Shown here: in pieces, positions 44,100 to 54,738 of the stretch
Layout: each line of letters starts with the position of its first letter
Numbering within the stretch: position 1 is the stretch's first letter
Origin: Candidatus Margulisiibacteriota bacterium
GTDB taxonomy: Bacteria; Margulisbacteria; WOR-1; O2-12-FULL-45-9
DNA length: 64,000 nt
Assembly: GCA_041658745.1 (NCBI GenBank)
Contig: JBAZZP010000003.1
Location: 83,423-147,422, forward strand
Reading direction: 5' to 3'
Translations under genes and position numbers: made by a program
Notes under the pieces: model-generated
Told to the model about the DNA's origin: nothing
The model's input: the letters and a program-made list of their open reading frames with translations, nothing else
Databases searched by the model: none

Positions 44100-45818
44100 T
44101 TAGCTTTTCTTGTCTATCTCTAAGCGCAGAAGGGCAACAAAATCGATAAGACTGATTGAGCCCATATCGCCAGTTGTTCGGTGTCGCAAAGACAATACGC
44201 CGGCTTGTTCTTCTTTATCGCCCAAGATTAGCATATAAGGCACTTTTTGCATTTGGGCATCACGGATCTTGGCCCCAATTTTCTCGCGCCGCGCGTCAAG
44301 CTCAACACGAAACCCATTATTTTTTAATTCATCCGCCATTTTTTGGGCATAAGCATTGTGGCGATCGGCAATCGGAAGAAGAATGGCTTGTACCGGCGCT
44401 AACCAGAGCGGGAAATTGCCCGCATAATGTTCTATCAGCGCACCAAAAAAGCGCTCAATGCTCCCCAATACCGCCCGATGAACCATTACTGGAACCTGTT
44501 TGGTTCCATCTTCGGCAGTATAAGACAGATTAAAGCGCTGCGGCAAATTAAAATCAACCTGAACAGTTGGCCCCTGCCAAAGACGACCAAGGGCGTCTTT
44601 TAATTTAACGTCAATTTTGGGCCCATAAAATACGCCAGCTCCGGGATCAATTTGAAACGGAATATTCCGATCTTGCAGCGTTTTTTCTAAAACTGAGGTT
44701 GCGTGATCCCAGTTTTCAATTGTTCCCGCATAGCTTTCGGGGCGAGTAGAAAGATTAACTTCATATTCAAACTTGAAGACTTGCATCACATAATTAATGA
44801 ACTCCAATACAGCTAAAATCTCATCTTCTAATTGTTCCGGTCGGCAAAAGATATGGGCATCGTCTTGCGTAAAACCACGAACTCGAAGCAGGCCGTGTAA
44901 GACCCCCGATTTTTCATAGCGATAAACCGTCCCTAATTCAAAAAAACGCATGGGTAAATCTCGGTAGCTGACCGGTTTGCGCTGATAAATTAAAATATGA
45001 CCCGGGCAATTCATCGGCTTGATGACATAATCCTGCTCATCGATCTGCATAAAATACATGTTTTCTTTGTAATAATTGGTATGGCCAGAGGTGTTCCACA
45101 AATCCACTTTGGCGATGTGGGGAATATTAACTAATTCATAGCCTCTTTTTAAATTTTCGTCCTTTAAAAAAGTTTCAATAATGTTGCGAATAATCGCGCC
45201 TTTGGGATGATAATAGACGAAGCCCGCCCCTGCTTCTTCGTGGATAGAAAACAAATCCAGGTCTTTGCCTAATTTACGATGATCCCGCTTTTTTGCTTCT
45301 TCCAGATTTTTTAAATACTCATCTAATTCTTTTTGTGAAAAGAAGGCAATTCCATAAATTCGTTGCATGACCGGATTAGTTTCAATCCCATGCCAATAGG
45401 CTCCGGCAATAGAGGTCAATTTAAAAGCTTTGATGTGACTAGTGGATTCCAGATGAGGGCCGCGGCACAAATCGATAAAATCTCCATTGCGGTAAATAGT
45501 TACATTGTCGCCTTCTATTTCCCGAATCAGTTCAACTTTAAATTTTTGTTGTTTTTCTTCAAATAACTTAGTCGCTTCCGCTTTTGAGAGTAATTGTTGT
45601 TCAAACTTTTGGTTGACTTTAACAATTTCTGCCATTTTATCTTCAATTTTGGGCAAATCTTCGGGGGTTAATTGCTGAGGGATTTCAAAGTCATAATAAA
45701 ACCCGTCTTCAATCGCCGGGCCAATCCCTAATTTCGCTTCAGGAAAGAGAGAAAGCACCGCTTGCGCCATGACATGGGCCGTCGAATGTCGAAGAGTTTC
45801 GAGATCAGGGTGAGACAT
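44100..45818 (-). CDS. thrS: Threonine--tRNA ligase, short form lacking the N-terminal TGS domain
   Basis: Begins at the second additional domain (HSTAHVMAQAV), followed by class II core motifs and anticodon-binding domain. 572 aa. Confidence 0.9.
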   Translation of the reverse strand: MSHPDLETLRHSTAHVMAQAVLSLFPEAKLGIGPAIEDGFYYDFEIPQQLTPEDLPKIEDKMAEIVKVNQKFEQQLLSKAEATKLFEEKQQKFKVELIREIEGDNVTIYRNGDFIDLCRGPHLESTSHIKAFKLTSIAGAYWHGIETNPVMQRIYGIAFFSQKELDEYLKNLEEAKKRDHRKLGKDLDLFSIHEEAGAGFVYYHPKGAIIRNIIETFLKDENLKRGYELVNIPHIAKVDLWNTSGHTNYYKENMYFMQIDEQDYVIKPMNCPGHILIYQRKPVSYRDLPMRFFELGTVYRYEKSGVLHGLLRVRGFTQDDAHIFCRPEQLEDEILAVLEFINYVMQVFKFEYEVNLSTRPESYAGTIENWDHATSVLEKTLQDRNIPFQIDPGAGVFYGPKIDVKLKDALGRLWQGPTVQVDFNLPQRFNLSYTAEDGTKQVPVMVHRAVLGSIERFFGALIEHYAGNFPLWLAPVQAILLPIADRHNAYAQKMADELKNNGFRVELDARREKIGAKIRDAQMQKVPYMLILGDKEEQAGVLSLRHRTTGDMGSISLIDFVALLRLEIDKKS

Positions 45819-45874
45819 ATAAAATCAGTATAGCACGGGGTGAAAAGCACTGTAAAGAAGGGAAAATGGGACAA

Positions 45875-46432
45875 TCAGCGATATATACGAAGATTGATCT
45901 CTGGTTTCCCCAGCCAATTTTCGCTGTTGAGGTTATATAAAGCGCGCGGAGAAAGCGTCCCACGCATACTAAGCATGGCCTGCGCAATACGCAAACCCAG
46001 AAAAGCGAAAACCCAACTTCTTATTTCTTCAAAATCCATACCAAGCTTATCAGCCATATGATAATGAAAGAGCTGAAAGATGCCCATCGCCATCATTGGC
46101 CATTTTTCTATTCGCTTAAAGCCATTATCTTTATTGGTTTCATAACACAAATCTAGGTCGGCTTGATCGACCGACAAAAACTGGTCAATTAAGGATAGAT
46201 AATGCCCCTGCATCGCACGGGCAGCTGCTTTTCCGTAACTTTTTTCGGAGAGATGCAGAAAAAAGGCCGTAAACTCAGCATCCCACTCTCCGAAAGTGAG
46301 CGGACCAAGCAGTAGTTTGCGGGGGATATCGGCCGCGTTTATAACTGGCGAAGAATTTTGTTCAGAATTTATAATCGCAATTACTTCTTGAGGAACAAGC
46401 TGCTTAGTCTCAATATTGTTTTCCATGTGCAT
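45875..46432 (-). CDS. Hypothetical protein
   Basis: 185-aa ORF in genic orientation between thrS and dxr. No recognisable motif. Confidence 0.4.
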   Translation of the reverse strand: MHMENNIETKQLVPQEVIAIINSEQNSSPVINAADIPRKLLLGPLTFGEWDAEFTAFFLHLSEKSYGKAAARAMQGHYLSLIDQFLSVDQADLDLCYETNKDNGFKRIEKWPMMAMGIFQLFHYHMADKLGMDFEEIRSWVFAFLGLRIAQAMLSMRGTLSPRALYNLNSENWLGKPEINLRIYR

Positions 46433-46477
46433 TTCATAAATATTATCGGAGGAAAACCAGAAAAACTTGCGTGAAAG

Positions 46478-47620
46478 CTATGCCGGGGAGTTTTCTCTTG
46501 CCCATTTGTCGGCGGCTAGAATATCTTCCAATGTTGGGTTTTCAATGTTTTGGTGCTGATCCATCGCCGCTTTAATCTTCTCTGCAATCTGGCCAAAATT
46601 AATTTTCCCTTTGAGGAACAACTTTATCGCTTCTTCGTTGGCTGCATTAACCACGGCTGGCATGGTTCCCTTTTTCTGCCCAGCTTCATAGGCAAAGCCA
46701 AGGCAAGGGAATTTAATTTTATCGGGTGGAAGAAAGCTCATTTCCATAGTTTTTGCAAAGCTTAAACGACTCCACATGTTAGGAAAGCGCGTTTCTTCTA
46801 GCAAAGCGTACTGGATCGGAATGCGCATGTCCGGCGCCCCTAGCTGGGCTTTAACCGAACCATCCGCAAACTCAACCATCGAATGAATAATGCTTTGCGG
46901 ATGGACAACAACTTCAATTTGGGAATAATCTAGACCAAATAAATAATGGGCCTCGATTACTTCAAAACCCTTATTCATTAATGTGGCTGAATCAATGGTA
47001 ATTTTGGGCCCCATTTTCCAGGTTGGGTGCTGGAGCGCTTCTTTTGCGGTCATCAAAGCCATCTTTTCAGACGGGGTTTTTAAAAATGGGCCACCTGAAG
47101 CGGTTAGAATTAACTTTTTGATGCTTTTTGGGTCCTCGCCTTTTAAGCATTGGGCAATAGCGCTGTGTTCCGAATCAATGGGAAAGATTTTTATTCCAGC
47201 TGCCTTGGCCTCGCGCATAAAAATTTCGCCGGCTGCCACCAAAACTTCTTTGGTCGCTAAAGCAATATCCTTTTTGAGTTTGACCGCCTCAAGCACCGCC
47301 GTTAAAGCTAAAGATCCGGGGATAGCTACAACCAGCATTTTGGCTTCAGGAATAGTCGCAACTTTCAAAAGGCCTTCGGCACCAAACACAATTTGAACTT
47401 TTGAAGTTCCTAGTTTTTCTTCAACTTTAGCTTTTACAGCTTCGTTTTCAACCGAAACCAACTTGGGAGCAAACTTTTTAATTTGTCCAACGATTAAATC
47501 AACTTCGTCTTTGGCAGCTAGGGCGACAACAGTTAAGCTACTGGGGAAAATTGAGACGACTTCCAAGGTTTGTTTGCCGATGGAGCCAGTGGAACCAAGA
47601 ATTGATAGCCCTTTTTTCAT
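46478..47620 (-). CDS. dxr: 1-deoxy-D-xylulose 5-phosphate reductoisomerase
   Basis: LGSTGSIGKQTLEV NADPH-binding N-terminus. 380 aa. Confidence 0.9.
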   Translation of the reverse strand: MKKGLSILGSTGSIGKQTLEVVSIFPSSLTVVALAAKDEVDLIVGQIKKFAPKLVSVENEAVKAKVEEKLGTSKVQIVFGAEGLLKVATIPEAKMLVVAIPGSLALTAVLEAVKLKKDIALATKEVLVAAGEIFMREAKAAGIKIFPIDSEHSAIAQCLKGEDPKSIKKLILTASGGPFLKTPSEKMALMTAKEALQHPTWKMGPKITIDSATLMNKGFEVIEAHYLFGLDYSQIEVVVHPQSIIHSMVEFADGSVKAQLGAPDMRIPIQYALLEETRFPNMWSRLSFAKTMEMSFLPPDKIKFPCLGFAYEAGQKKGTMPAVVNAANEEAIKLFLKGKINFGQIAEKIKAAMDQHQNIENPTLEDILAADKWARENSPA

Positions 47621-47631
47621 GATAATTGATT

Positions 47632-48486
47632 TTATACCAGCTTCAAATTTATATCCAGTGCCTTAGAGGAATGCGTTAGCTCGCCAATCGAAATAAAATC
47701 CACGCCAGTAGCGGCAATTTTCGCAACTGTTTTTAAATTTACTCCGCCAGACGCTTCGGTTTTTATCCCAGCCTCTTTGCATAATTTAACCGCTTGCCTT
47801 AGAGTTTTAATCTCCATATTATCTAAAAGTATCCTCCCAGCCCCCACTTCAATTGCTTCTTTGACTTCCCCTATTGTCTTTGCTTCAATTTCCGCCCTAA
47901 GCCCTCTCCATCTTCCCTTGCCCTTCCTTGCCTTTCCTTGCCCCTCAACTGCTTCAATCGCTTCTTTCACGCCTCCCGCCAAAGCAATGTGATTATCTTT
48001 AATTAACACAGCATCGTAAAGCCCCATCCGATGGTTAGTTCCGCCACCACACTTGACCGCGTACTTTTCCAAGGAACGTAATCCTGGGATCGTTTTTCGA
48101 GTATCTAGCACTTTGACCATCGACAATGGACCCTGGACTTTTGCAACGAATTTTGCCGTCAGCGTAGAAACCCCAGAAAGATGTTGCAGAAAATTTAACG
48201 CTACGCGCTCGCCCGTTAGTATCCCGCGAGCTGGCCCAGACAGTTCAGCTAAAATTGTCCCCGCCTTAACTAATTGGCCATCTCGGCATTTTGGAATAAA
48301 TTTAATTCTACAATCGATCTGCCGAAAAACCTCACGGGCAATGTCTATCCCCGCAATAACTCCGGCTTCTTTAGCGCGAATAACCGCTTTGGCAATTTTA
48401 TCTCTTGCCACAATCGCATTGGTCGTGATATCTCCCGTGCCAACGTCTTCTTTTAGCGCCGCTTTAATTATTTCAATATAACCCAT
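47632..48486 (-). CDS. nadC: Nicotinate-nucleotide pyrophosphorylase (quinolinate phosphoribosyltransferase)
   Basis: Conserved QPRTase N- and C-domains. Contains an inserted Gly/Lys/Arg-rich segment (GQGKARKGKGRWRG) encoded by a CCTTGCC-type tandem repeat. Confidence 0.85.
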   Translation of the reverse strand: MGYIEIIKAALKEDVGTGDITTNAIVARDKIAKAVIRAKEAGVIAGIDIAREVFRQIDCRIKFIPKCRDGQLVKAGTILAELSGPARGILTGERVALNFLQHLSGVSTLTAKFVAKVQGPLSMVKVLDTRKTIPGLRSLEKYAVKCGGGTNHRMGLYDAVLIKDNHIALAGGVKEAIEAVEGQGKARKGKGRWRGLRAEIEAKTIGEVKEAIEVGAGRILLDNMEIKTLRQAVKLCKEAGIKTEASGGVNLKTVAKIAATGVDFISIGELTHSSKALDINLKLV

Positions 48487-49274
48487 ACTAGATAATAGTA
48501 GACGATCGGTGCAGCCAAAATAAAGCTGTCCATCCGATCCAACATCCCTCCGTGTCCTGGAACTAATTGGGAAGAATCCTTAACTCCAGCATCCCGCTTA
48601 ATTAAAGACTCCACCAAATCACTGAACTGGGCCACGATGCCAATAATTGCCCCTAAGATCAAAGAATGTACCATTTCAAACCCAGCGTAATAACCAAACA
48701 CTCCTGCCGCAATAATACAAAAAACAAAACCGGCAGCGGCCCCCTCAATGCTTTTCTTAGGAGAAACCGAAGGCCAAAGCTTATGTCGGCCAAACTTTTT
48801 TCCCACAAAATAGGCAATGGTATCTAGCGCCCAAATCGTTACCATCATAAACAATAAATAACCACCACGTTCGGTTAGCGCTCGAATGTATAAAAAATAA
48901 CTAAAAAACCACCCAATATAAATCATGCCTAGCAAAGTTACCGCAATATCGACAATTGCTTCCTTGGGTCGTTGTTTTAAAAAGAGAGTGGCAATCATCG
49001 TTGCCAAAGCTGCTCCCGTAAAAATGGCCGATTGAGCAGGTTCCCAGTTTTTCTTTAGAGCAAGATATGCGAAAACAATAAAAAAGATGGTAAAAAAATT
49101 ACCCACCCAATAGGCCGGGTGAAAATCTTTATTGCGCATCATATTGTAAAATTCATTGATAGCAATAATGGCTAGAAAAAGCACCATGGCCAAAAAGGGA
49201 ATCCCGCCCCAATAGACACACAAGACCAAAAGAGGGACAGAGATTAAAGCCGTAATAATTCTAAGCCACATCAC
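48468..49274 (-). CDS. cdsA: Phosphatidate cytidylyltransferase
   Basis: Multi-TM protein with C-terminal CTP-transferase signature region. 268 aa. Confidence 0.8.
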   Translation of the reverse strand: MMWLRIITALISVPLLVLCVYWGGIPFLAMVLFLAIIAINEFYNMMRNKDFHPAYWVGNFFTIFFIVFAYLALKKNWEPAQSAIFTGAALATMIATLFLKQRPKEAIVDIAVTLLGMIYIGWFFSYFLYIRALTERGGYLLFMMVTIWALDTIAYFVGKKFGRHKLWPSVSPKKSIEGAAAGFVFCIIAAGVFGYYAGFEMVHSLILGAIIGIVAQFSDLVESLIKRDAGVKDSSQLVPGHGGMLDRMDSFILAAPIVYYYLVWVILK

Positions 49275-49980
49275 TCACCTGCTCTTTAGTTTTACCAAAT
49301 TTGCGTGTACGTTTCTGAAAATCTTCGATGGCAGCAATTAGTTGTTCCCGGCGAAAATCGGGCCAATAAGTAGGAGTCACATAAATTTCGGCATAGGCTA
49401 TTTGCCATAACAGAAAATTGGACACTCGCATCTCATTAGCAGTACGAATCAGCAGGTCAGGGTCAGGCATGTTTTTTGTGTATAGATATTGGGAAATTGT
49501 TTCCTCGTTTATTTCGTCATTTTTTAATTCGTCATTCGTCATTCGTTTACATGCATCTACTAGTTCGGCTCGCCCCCCATAATTAACCATTACATTTAAA
49601 GTGATGCGAGAATTGTTTTTGGTGGTTTCCATTGAGTTCTTCATTCTTTGTTGCAAGGCCAAAGAAAATTGTTCGAGCCGACCTAAGAAGTTAAGCTTAA
49701 CACTATTGGCCATCAAATCATCGATTTCACTATCAATGGTTTGCATAAAAAGATCCATTAAAAAATCAACTTCTTCTTGTGGTCTCCTCCAATTTTCGGT
49801 AGAAAAAGCATAGACGGTTAAATATTTTACGCCAAACTCAGCACAAGCCTTGAGGATTGCTCGAACAGATTCTGCTCCTTCTTTGTGGCCAGCAATGCGC
49901 GGCAGACCCTTTGCCTGCGCCCAACGCCCGTTCCCATCCATGATAATTGCAATGTGTTGAGGAATGTTATTGCGATCCAT
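49261..49980 (-). CDS. uppS: Undecaprenyl (isoprenyl) diphosphate synthase
   Basis: HIAIIMDGNGRWA and TVYAFSTENWRRP motifs. Contains an NDE-repeat insertion. Confidence 0.9.
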   Translation of the reverse strand: MDRNNIPQHIAIIMDGNGRWAQAKGLPRIAGHKEGAESVRAILKACAEFGVKYLTVYAFSTENWRRPQEEVDFLMDLFMQTIDSEIDDLMANSVKLNFLGRLEQFSLALQQRMKNSMETTKNNSRITLNVMVNYGGRAELVDACKRMTNDELKNDEINEETISQYLYTKNMPDPDLLIRTANEMRVSNFLLWQIAYAEIYVTPTYWPDFRREQLIAAIEDFQKRTRKFGKTKEQVSDVA

Positions 49981-49995
49981 TTGCCCATCCTAAAA

Positions 49996-50550
49996 CTAAA
50001 CCTCGAGAATTTCTTTTTCCTTAGAATGTAATATTTTGTCAATGTCGGCAGAATATTTGTCGGTTAGTTCCTGGACTTTTTTGTCCTGGGTTTTTTCTTC
50101 ATCCTCGGTGATTTGTTTTTCGTTTTTCTTTTTTTTGAGAGCTTCCACTGCTTCGCGACGAATATTACGCAACGCTACCTTGCTTTCTTCCGATTCCTTT
50201 TTAACCGTTTTTACGAGTTCTTTGCGCCGTTCCTCGGAAGGGGAAGGGAGGGAAAGGCGAATAACGTTAGCATCTCTCCGCGGATTAAGTCCCAAATCAG
50301 ACGACATCAAGGCCCTTTCAATATCGGCAGAAGCATTTTTATCGAACGGGGTGATCACCAAACTGCGTGGCTCTGGAGCGGAAACCTGGGCAATTTGTTT
50401 TAGAGGCACATCCGACCCATAATATGAAACCTTAATGTGATCAAGCAAGGAGGGATTGGCGCGACCAGTCCTAACCCCCGACAGGTTCTTCTTTAATGCT
50501 TCCAGTGCTTTTTGCATTTTAATTTCGCTTTCTTTAATTACATCTTGCAT
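49996..50550 (-). CDS. frr: Ribosome recycling factor
   Basis: 184 aa, conserved RRF family sequence, downstream of pyrH. Confidence 0.9.
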   Translation of the reverse strand: MQDVIKESEIKMQKALEALKKNLSGVRTGRANPSLLDHIKVSYYGSDVPLKQIAQVSAPEPRSLVITPFDKNASADIERALMSSDLGLNPRRDANVIRLSLPSPSEERRKELVKTVKKESEESKVALRNIRREAVEALKKKKNEKQITEDEEKTQDKKVQELTDKYSADIDKILHSKEKEILEV

Positions 50551-50559
50551 AGTTCCCTC

Positions 50560-51282
50560 CTAGTTTTCTTCGCTAACCAAAGTTCCAACGTCTTTACCAA
50601 GAATTGCTTTTTTAATATTCCCGCGCTCGGTTAAATTGAGAACTAAAATGGGGATTTTGTTTTCCATACACAGAGAAGCCGCTGTTGTATCCATAACTTT
50701 TAACCGGCGCTGAATAACTTCCATGTGACTAATATTTTTATACTTTTTGGCATCGGGATATTGCATGGGGTCTTTATCATAAACACCGCCAACTTTAGTG
50801 GCTTTTAGGATAATGTCAACGTCTAATTCGGCAGCTCGCAAGGCCGCAGCTGTGTCAGTTGAGAAATATGGGTTGCCTGTTCCTGCCGCCAGAATAATGA
50901 CGCGACCTTTTTCCATGTGGCGAATCGCCCGCCGCCGAATAAACGGTTCGGCAATTGATTGCATAGGAATCGCGCTTTGCACACGAGAAGGAACCCCAAT
51001 TCGCTCCAAAGCATCTTGCAGGGCCAATGAATTGATGACTGTAGCCAACATTCCCATATAGTCGCCGGTGGCACGATCAATCCCTTTAACAGCCCCCGCC
51101 ACCCCACGAAAAATATTACCCCCACCCACTATGATGGCAATATCTACCCCTAACTTGCGAATTGCTTTTATCTCTTCGGCTACAACGTTTAAGATTTCGA
51201 GGTCAATGCCATATTTTTGTTTGCCGCCGAAGACTTCACCTGAGAGTTTTAAGAGGATACGTTTGTATCTAACCCTAGCCAT
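50560..51282 (-). CDS. pyrH: UMP kinase
   Basis: RILLKLSGE...[10 protein letters not shown] amino-acid kinase motifs. Confidence 0.9.
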   Translation of the reverse strand: MARVRYKRILLKLSGEVFGGKQKYGIDLEILNVVAEEIKAIRKLGVDIAIIVGGGNIFRGVAGAVKGIDRATGDYMGMLATVINSLALQDALERIGVPSRVQSAIPMQSIAEPFIRRRAIRHMEKGRVIILAAGTGNPYFSTDTAAALRAAELDVDIILKATKVGGVYDKDPMQYPDAKKYKNISHMEVIQRRLKVMDTTAASLCMENKIPILVLNLTERGNIKKAILGKDVGTLVSEEN

Positions 51283-51313
51283 GTTACAGCGATTATAACA
51301 TAAGCCAAATCGC

Positions 51314-52387
51314 TTGTCACAAGCCGTTTGCTATACTATAATTCGAAGCATGATCCTTTATCCATATTTTGAGTTGGCCGCTTCGCTTTTTATTTTGCTC
51401 TTTGCCCTCGAACTCCATCTTTGGCATCACGAGAACCGCGCAGCTCGCTTCTTTGTCCGCTGCGCTGTGGTTTCTTTTTTAGCCTGTATTATGGTTTATT
51501 CGCTCCGCATTGCCTTCACTCTTGAGCTAGCCGCTTTTATCGATCGAATTGCCACCTGCTTAACAACTTTTAGTTTTGCTATGTATTTGCATTTTGCCAT
51601 AATTTTTACCCGCCGAGAAAGCTTCTTCGACAAAAAATGGGCACTGCCATTATTTTATACTCCTCCCGCAATTGTGGCTTTATTAGCGTTATGTACTAAT
51701 TTGATTTACAACCGCTATGACATCTTTGCTTATGGTATTATTGGGCAACCTTCGTCATTGTATTTTGTTTATGCCCTGCAAACCATGCTTTACACTTTTT
51801 GGGGAATCGTTTTGTTTTTTATTTACTCTCGGCAGGCAATCCAACCATCTGTTCGCAATCAATCTTTGGCCATTGCCATTGGGACATTGATTCCAGTCTC
51901 TATTGGTGTGGTGTTTGATCAAATTTTGCCAATTATTTTTGGATTTCACGTTTTTCCTCCCACGGTTATTTTTGATTACGCCCTGATGATATTTTTTATT
52001 TATCTAGCCATGCGGCGCTACAGCCTATTTGCTATTTCTCCATCTCTAGCCGCCAAACAAATCATTGAGACCATGCCTGATTCTCTTTTGGTAACTGATT
52101 TGGATGGGAGAATTATTTTTGTTAATAACGAGGCCCACAAATTTTTCCATGTTGACAAGGCCGAAATCCACGGCCGCAACATAAAAGACTTATTTACTGA
52201 GAAAGAAAATTACGAAAAACTTTACGATGAAGTGGTCAACAAAAAGCTGAAGATTGAACGTTTTGGGGCCCGTCTCTGTGATCCTCGGGGAGAATGCATC
52301 CCTTCTTTAATTAATTCTTCCCTCTTCCGCGACGACTTTGGTGCTCTGCTCGGCATCATCTTCATTTGTCGGGATGTAAGGGGATAA
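51314..52387 (+). CDS. Membrane sensor: N-terminal 7TM histidine-kinase-type receptor domain plus C-terminal PAS domain, no output domain
   Basis: About 7 hydrophobic helices, then a PAS-like segment ([29 protein letters not shown]). Ends right after PAS. Confidence 0.55.
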   Translation: MSQAVCYTIIRSMILYPYFELAASLFILLFALELHLWHHENRAARFFVRCAVVSFLACIMVYSLRIAFTLELAAFIDRIATCLTTFSFAMYLHFAIIFTRRESFFDKKWALPLFYTPPAIVALLALCTNLIYNRYDIFAYGIIGQPSSLYFVYALQTMLYTFWGIVLFFIYSRQAIQPSVRNQSLAIAIGTLIPVSIGVVFDQILPIIFGFHVFPPTVIFDYALMIFFIYLAMRRYSLFAISPSLAAKQIIETMPDSLLVTDLDGRIIFVNNEAHKFFHVDKAEIHGRNIKDLFTEKENYEKLYDEVVNKKLKIERFGARLCDPRGECIPSLINSSLFRDDFGALLGIIFICRDVRG

Positions 52388-52427
52388 TCTTCCGTTTTTG
52401 CCATAATTCTGGTAAAATATAACTACT

Positions 52428-54254
52428 GTGCCTCTCGAAACCACCCATTATCCTAAAGAATATGATGTAATCGTCATTGGCGCTGGGCATGCAGGAATTG
52501 AAGCTGCCTTGGCGGCAGCTCGCATGGGTTGTCAGACCTTACTCTTAACTATCAACCTTGATACGATTGCTTTTATGGCCTGTAATCCCGCCGTGGGGGG
52601 GCCGGCAAAAAGCCAATTAGTACGCGAAGTTGACGCTTTAGGCGGACAAATGGGAGTATCGACCGATTTAACTTTCTTGCAGATGAAAATGCTCAACACC
52701 ACCAAAGGCCCAGCGGTTCAAGCTTTGAGAGCCCAGTCTGACCGCAATTCCTATCACGTCACTATGAAACAGGTCCTCGAAGAACAAACCAATCTTGATC
52801 TAAAACAAGGGATTGTCGAAGAACTTCTTTCCGACTCACGCCCCCATACGCCCACCGATTCACCCGACGCAACCACCACCGCTAGACGCATTACGGGAGT
52901 CCGCACAAATCTCAACATGGTTTACTCAAGCAAAACCGTTGTGGTAACAACAGGAACGTTCCTCAATGGCATCGTTCACGTTGGAATGACCCACATGGAA
53001 GCCGGCCGAGCAGGAGAATTGCCCGCTAAAGGTATGTCTGAAAGTTTGGTAGCACTGGGATTAGAACTTGGAAGATTAAAAACCGGGACTCCAGCCCGAT
53101 TAAATAAACGCTCGATCGATTTTTCTAAAATGATCCCGCAGCCTGGCGACGAACCACCAAAAATGTTTTCATTTGTCTGGGAATATCAACAATACGGGTT
53201 ATCGGGGAATCCGATGATCGGGGGATCTGGGACAAATCAAATTCCTTGTCATTTAACCTGGACTACTCCTCAAACTCACGCAATTATCCGAGCAAATCTT
53301 GATCGTTCACCGTTATTTCAGGGGAAAATTAAAGGAACGGGGCCTCGCTATTGTCCGTCGATTGAAGATAAAGTTGTTCGCTTCCCTGAAAAAGATCGAC
53401 ATCAATGTTTCATTGAACCGTGCGGGAGAGACACGCTGGAAATGTACGCCCAAGGCATGAGCACCAGCCTTCCCGCCGATGTACAACTAGAAATGCTAAG
53501 AACTATGCCAGGGCTTGAAAATGTAGAAATGCTGCGGCCGGGATACGCCGTTGAGTATGATTACGTCAAGCCCTCTCAACTCTTGCCCACCTTAGAAACC
53601 AAACAGATTACTGGGTTGTTTTGTGCTGGACAAATTAACGGGACTTCGGGCTACGAAGAAGCGGCCGCGCAAGGAATTGTAGCGGGGATAAACGCCGCAC
53701 TTAAAGTTAAAGAGAAAGAGCCGCTCGTGCTGGGGAGAGAAAACTCATATATTGGAACTTTAATTGACGACCTAATCACCAAAGATATTGACGAGCCTTA
53801 TCGCATGTTAACTTCACGCTCCGAATATCGCTTGCTTCTGCGACAAGATAATGCCGACCTGCGGTTGACAGAAAAAGGTTATCAGGTTGGTTTAATTTCT
53901 AAAGAACGTTTTTCTAGTTTTCAGAAAAAGAAAGCGGCAGTTGAATCTGAAACAGTTATTTCCCCGGAAACAGAAGAACAAATCGCCATAACCAAAAAAT
54001 ATGCAGGCTATATAATGCGCCAATTGCAACAAATCGAGCGTTTTAAAAAACTGGAACACAAAAAATTGCCCTCGGATTTTGATTACTCGGAACTACGAGG
54101 ATTATCTAATGAGGCTCGAATTAAACTGGCCAAAATTCAACCCCTTTCCATCGGACAAGCCACCAGAATTGCGGGAGTTTCTCCAGCCGACATTTCTGTT
54201 TTGCTAATTCACCTTGAAACCCGTGGACGCTCAAAAGAATCTATGCTAAAATAA
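52428..54254 (+). CDS. mnmG: tRNA uridine 5-carboxymethylaminomethyl modification enzyme MnmG (GidA)
   Basis: [19 protein letters not shown] motif and full-length GidA similarity. Carries a Pro/Thr/Ser-rich insertion. Confidence 0.9.
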   Translation: MPLETTHYPKEYDVIVIGAGHAGIEAALAAARMGCQTLLLTINLDTIAFMACNPAVGGPAKSQLVREVDALGGQMGVSTDLTFLQMKMLNTTKGPAVQALRAQSDRNSYHVTMKQVLEEQTNLDLKQGIVEELLSDSRPHTPTDSPDATTTARRITGVRTNLNMVYSSKTVVVTTGTFLNGIVHVGMTHMEAGRAGELPAKGMSESLVALGLELGRLKTGTPARLNKRSIDFSKMIPQPGDEPPKMFSFVWEYQQYGLSGNPMIGGSGTNQIPCHLTWTTPQTHAIIRANLDRSPLFQGKIKGTGPRYCPSIEDKVVRFPEKDRHQCFIEPCGRDTLEMYAQGMSTSLPADVQLEMLRTMPGLENVEMLRPGYAVEYDYVKPSQLLPTLETKQITGLFCAGQINGTSGYEEAAAQGIVAGINAALKVKEKEPLVLGRENSYIGTLIDDLITKDIDEPYRMLTSRSEYRLLLRQDNADLRLTEKGYQVGLISKERFSSFQKKKAAVESETVISPETEEQIAITKKYAGYIMRQLQQIERFKKLEHKKLPSDFDYSELRGLSNEARIKLAKIQPLSIGQATRIAGVSPADISVLLIHLETRGRSKESMLK

Positions 54255-54282
54255 TGCCCGATTGATTGTTTAGGAGGGAAAA

Positions 54283-54738
54283 ATGAAAAAGATAATTGGA
54301 ATTCTTCTCGGGGTTACGTTTCTAGCTACAATTGCCTCAGCCGCTTCGGTTTCTTCGATTGGTTTTATCGATGTTCAGAGAGTATTTAAAGAATACAAGG
54401 CCACCTCTAAGGCCCAGGATGAATTAAAAAAACAAGAAGAATCATTTAAAAAAGAATTTGAAGAAAGCCAGGCAAAACTAGAGAAGGCCGAGAAAGACGG
54501 AAAAAGCAAGGAAGTTTTGGAAAAAATGAAAGCTGAGCTGGAAGAAAAGCTGGCCCCTAAAAGAGAGACTTTGTTAAAGCTTAATGAACAATTAACCGGC
54601 AAACTACAACAAGATATCCTTGCCGCAGTAAAAAGTGTCGGCAAAAAAGTGGGAATCGACTTAATCCTCGACAAACAAGTGGTTATTACTGGCGGCACCG
54701 ACCTTTCGGAATTGGTAGTTAACGAACTCAATAAATGA
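54283..54738 (+). CDS. skp: OmpH/Skp family periplasmic chaperone
   Basis: Signal peptide plus Lys/Glu-rich coiled-coil body. 151 aa. Upstream of lpxD. Confidence 0.75.
   Translation: MKKIIGILLGVTFLATIASAASVSSIGFIDVQRVFKEYKATSKAQDELKKQEESFKKEFEESQAKLEKAEKDGKSKEVLEKMKAELEEKLAPKRETLLKLNEQLTGKLQQDILAAVKSVGKKVGIDLILDKQVVITGGTDLSELVVNELNK

Noticed and set aside
45805-46061. Small ORFs in the thrS–hypothetical gene spacer
   Set aside because: They are short, overlap each other and the flanking genes, and have no RBS or conserved motif.
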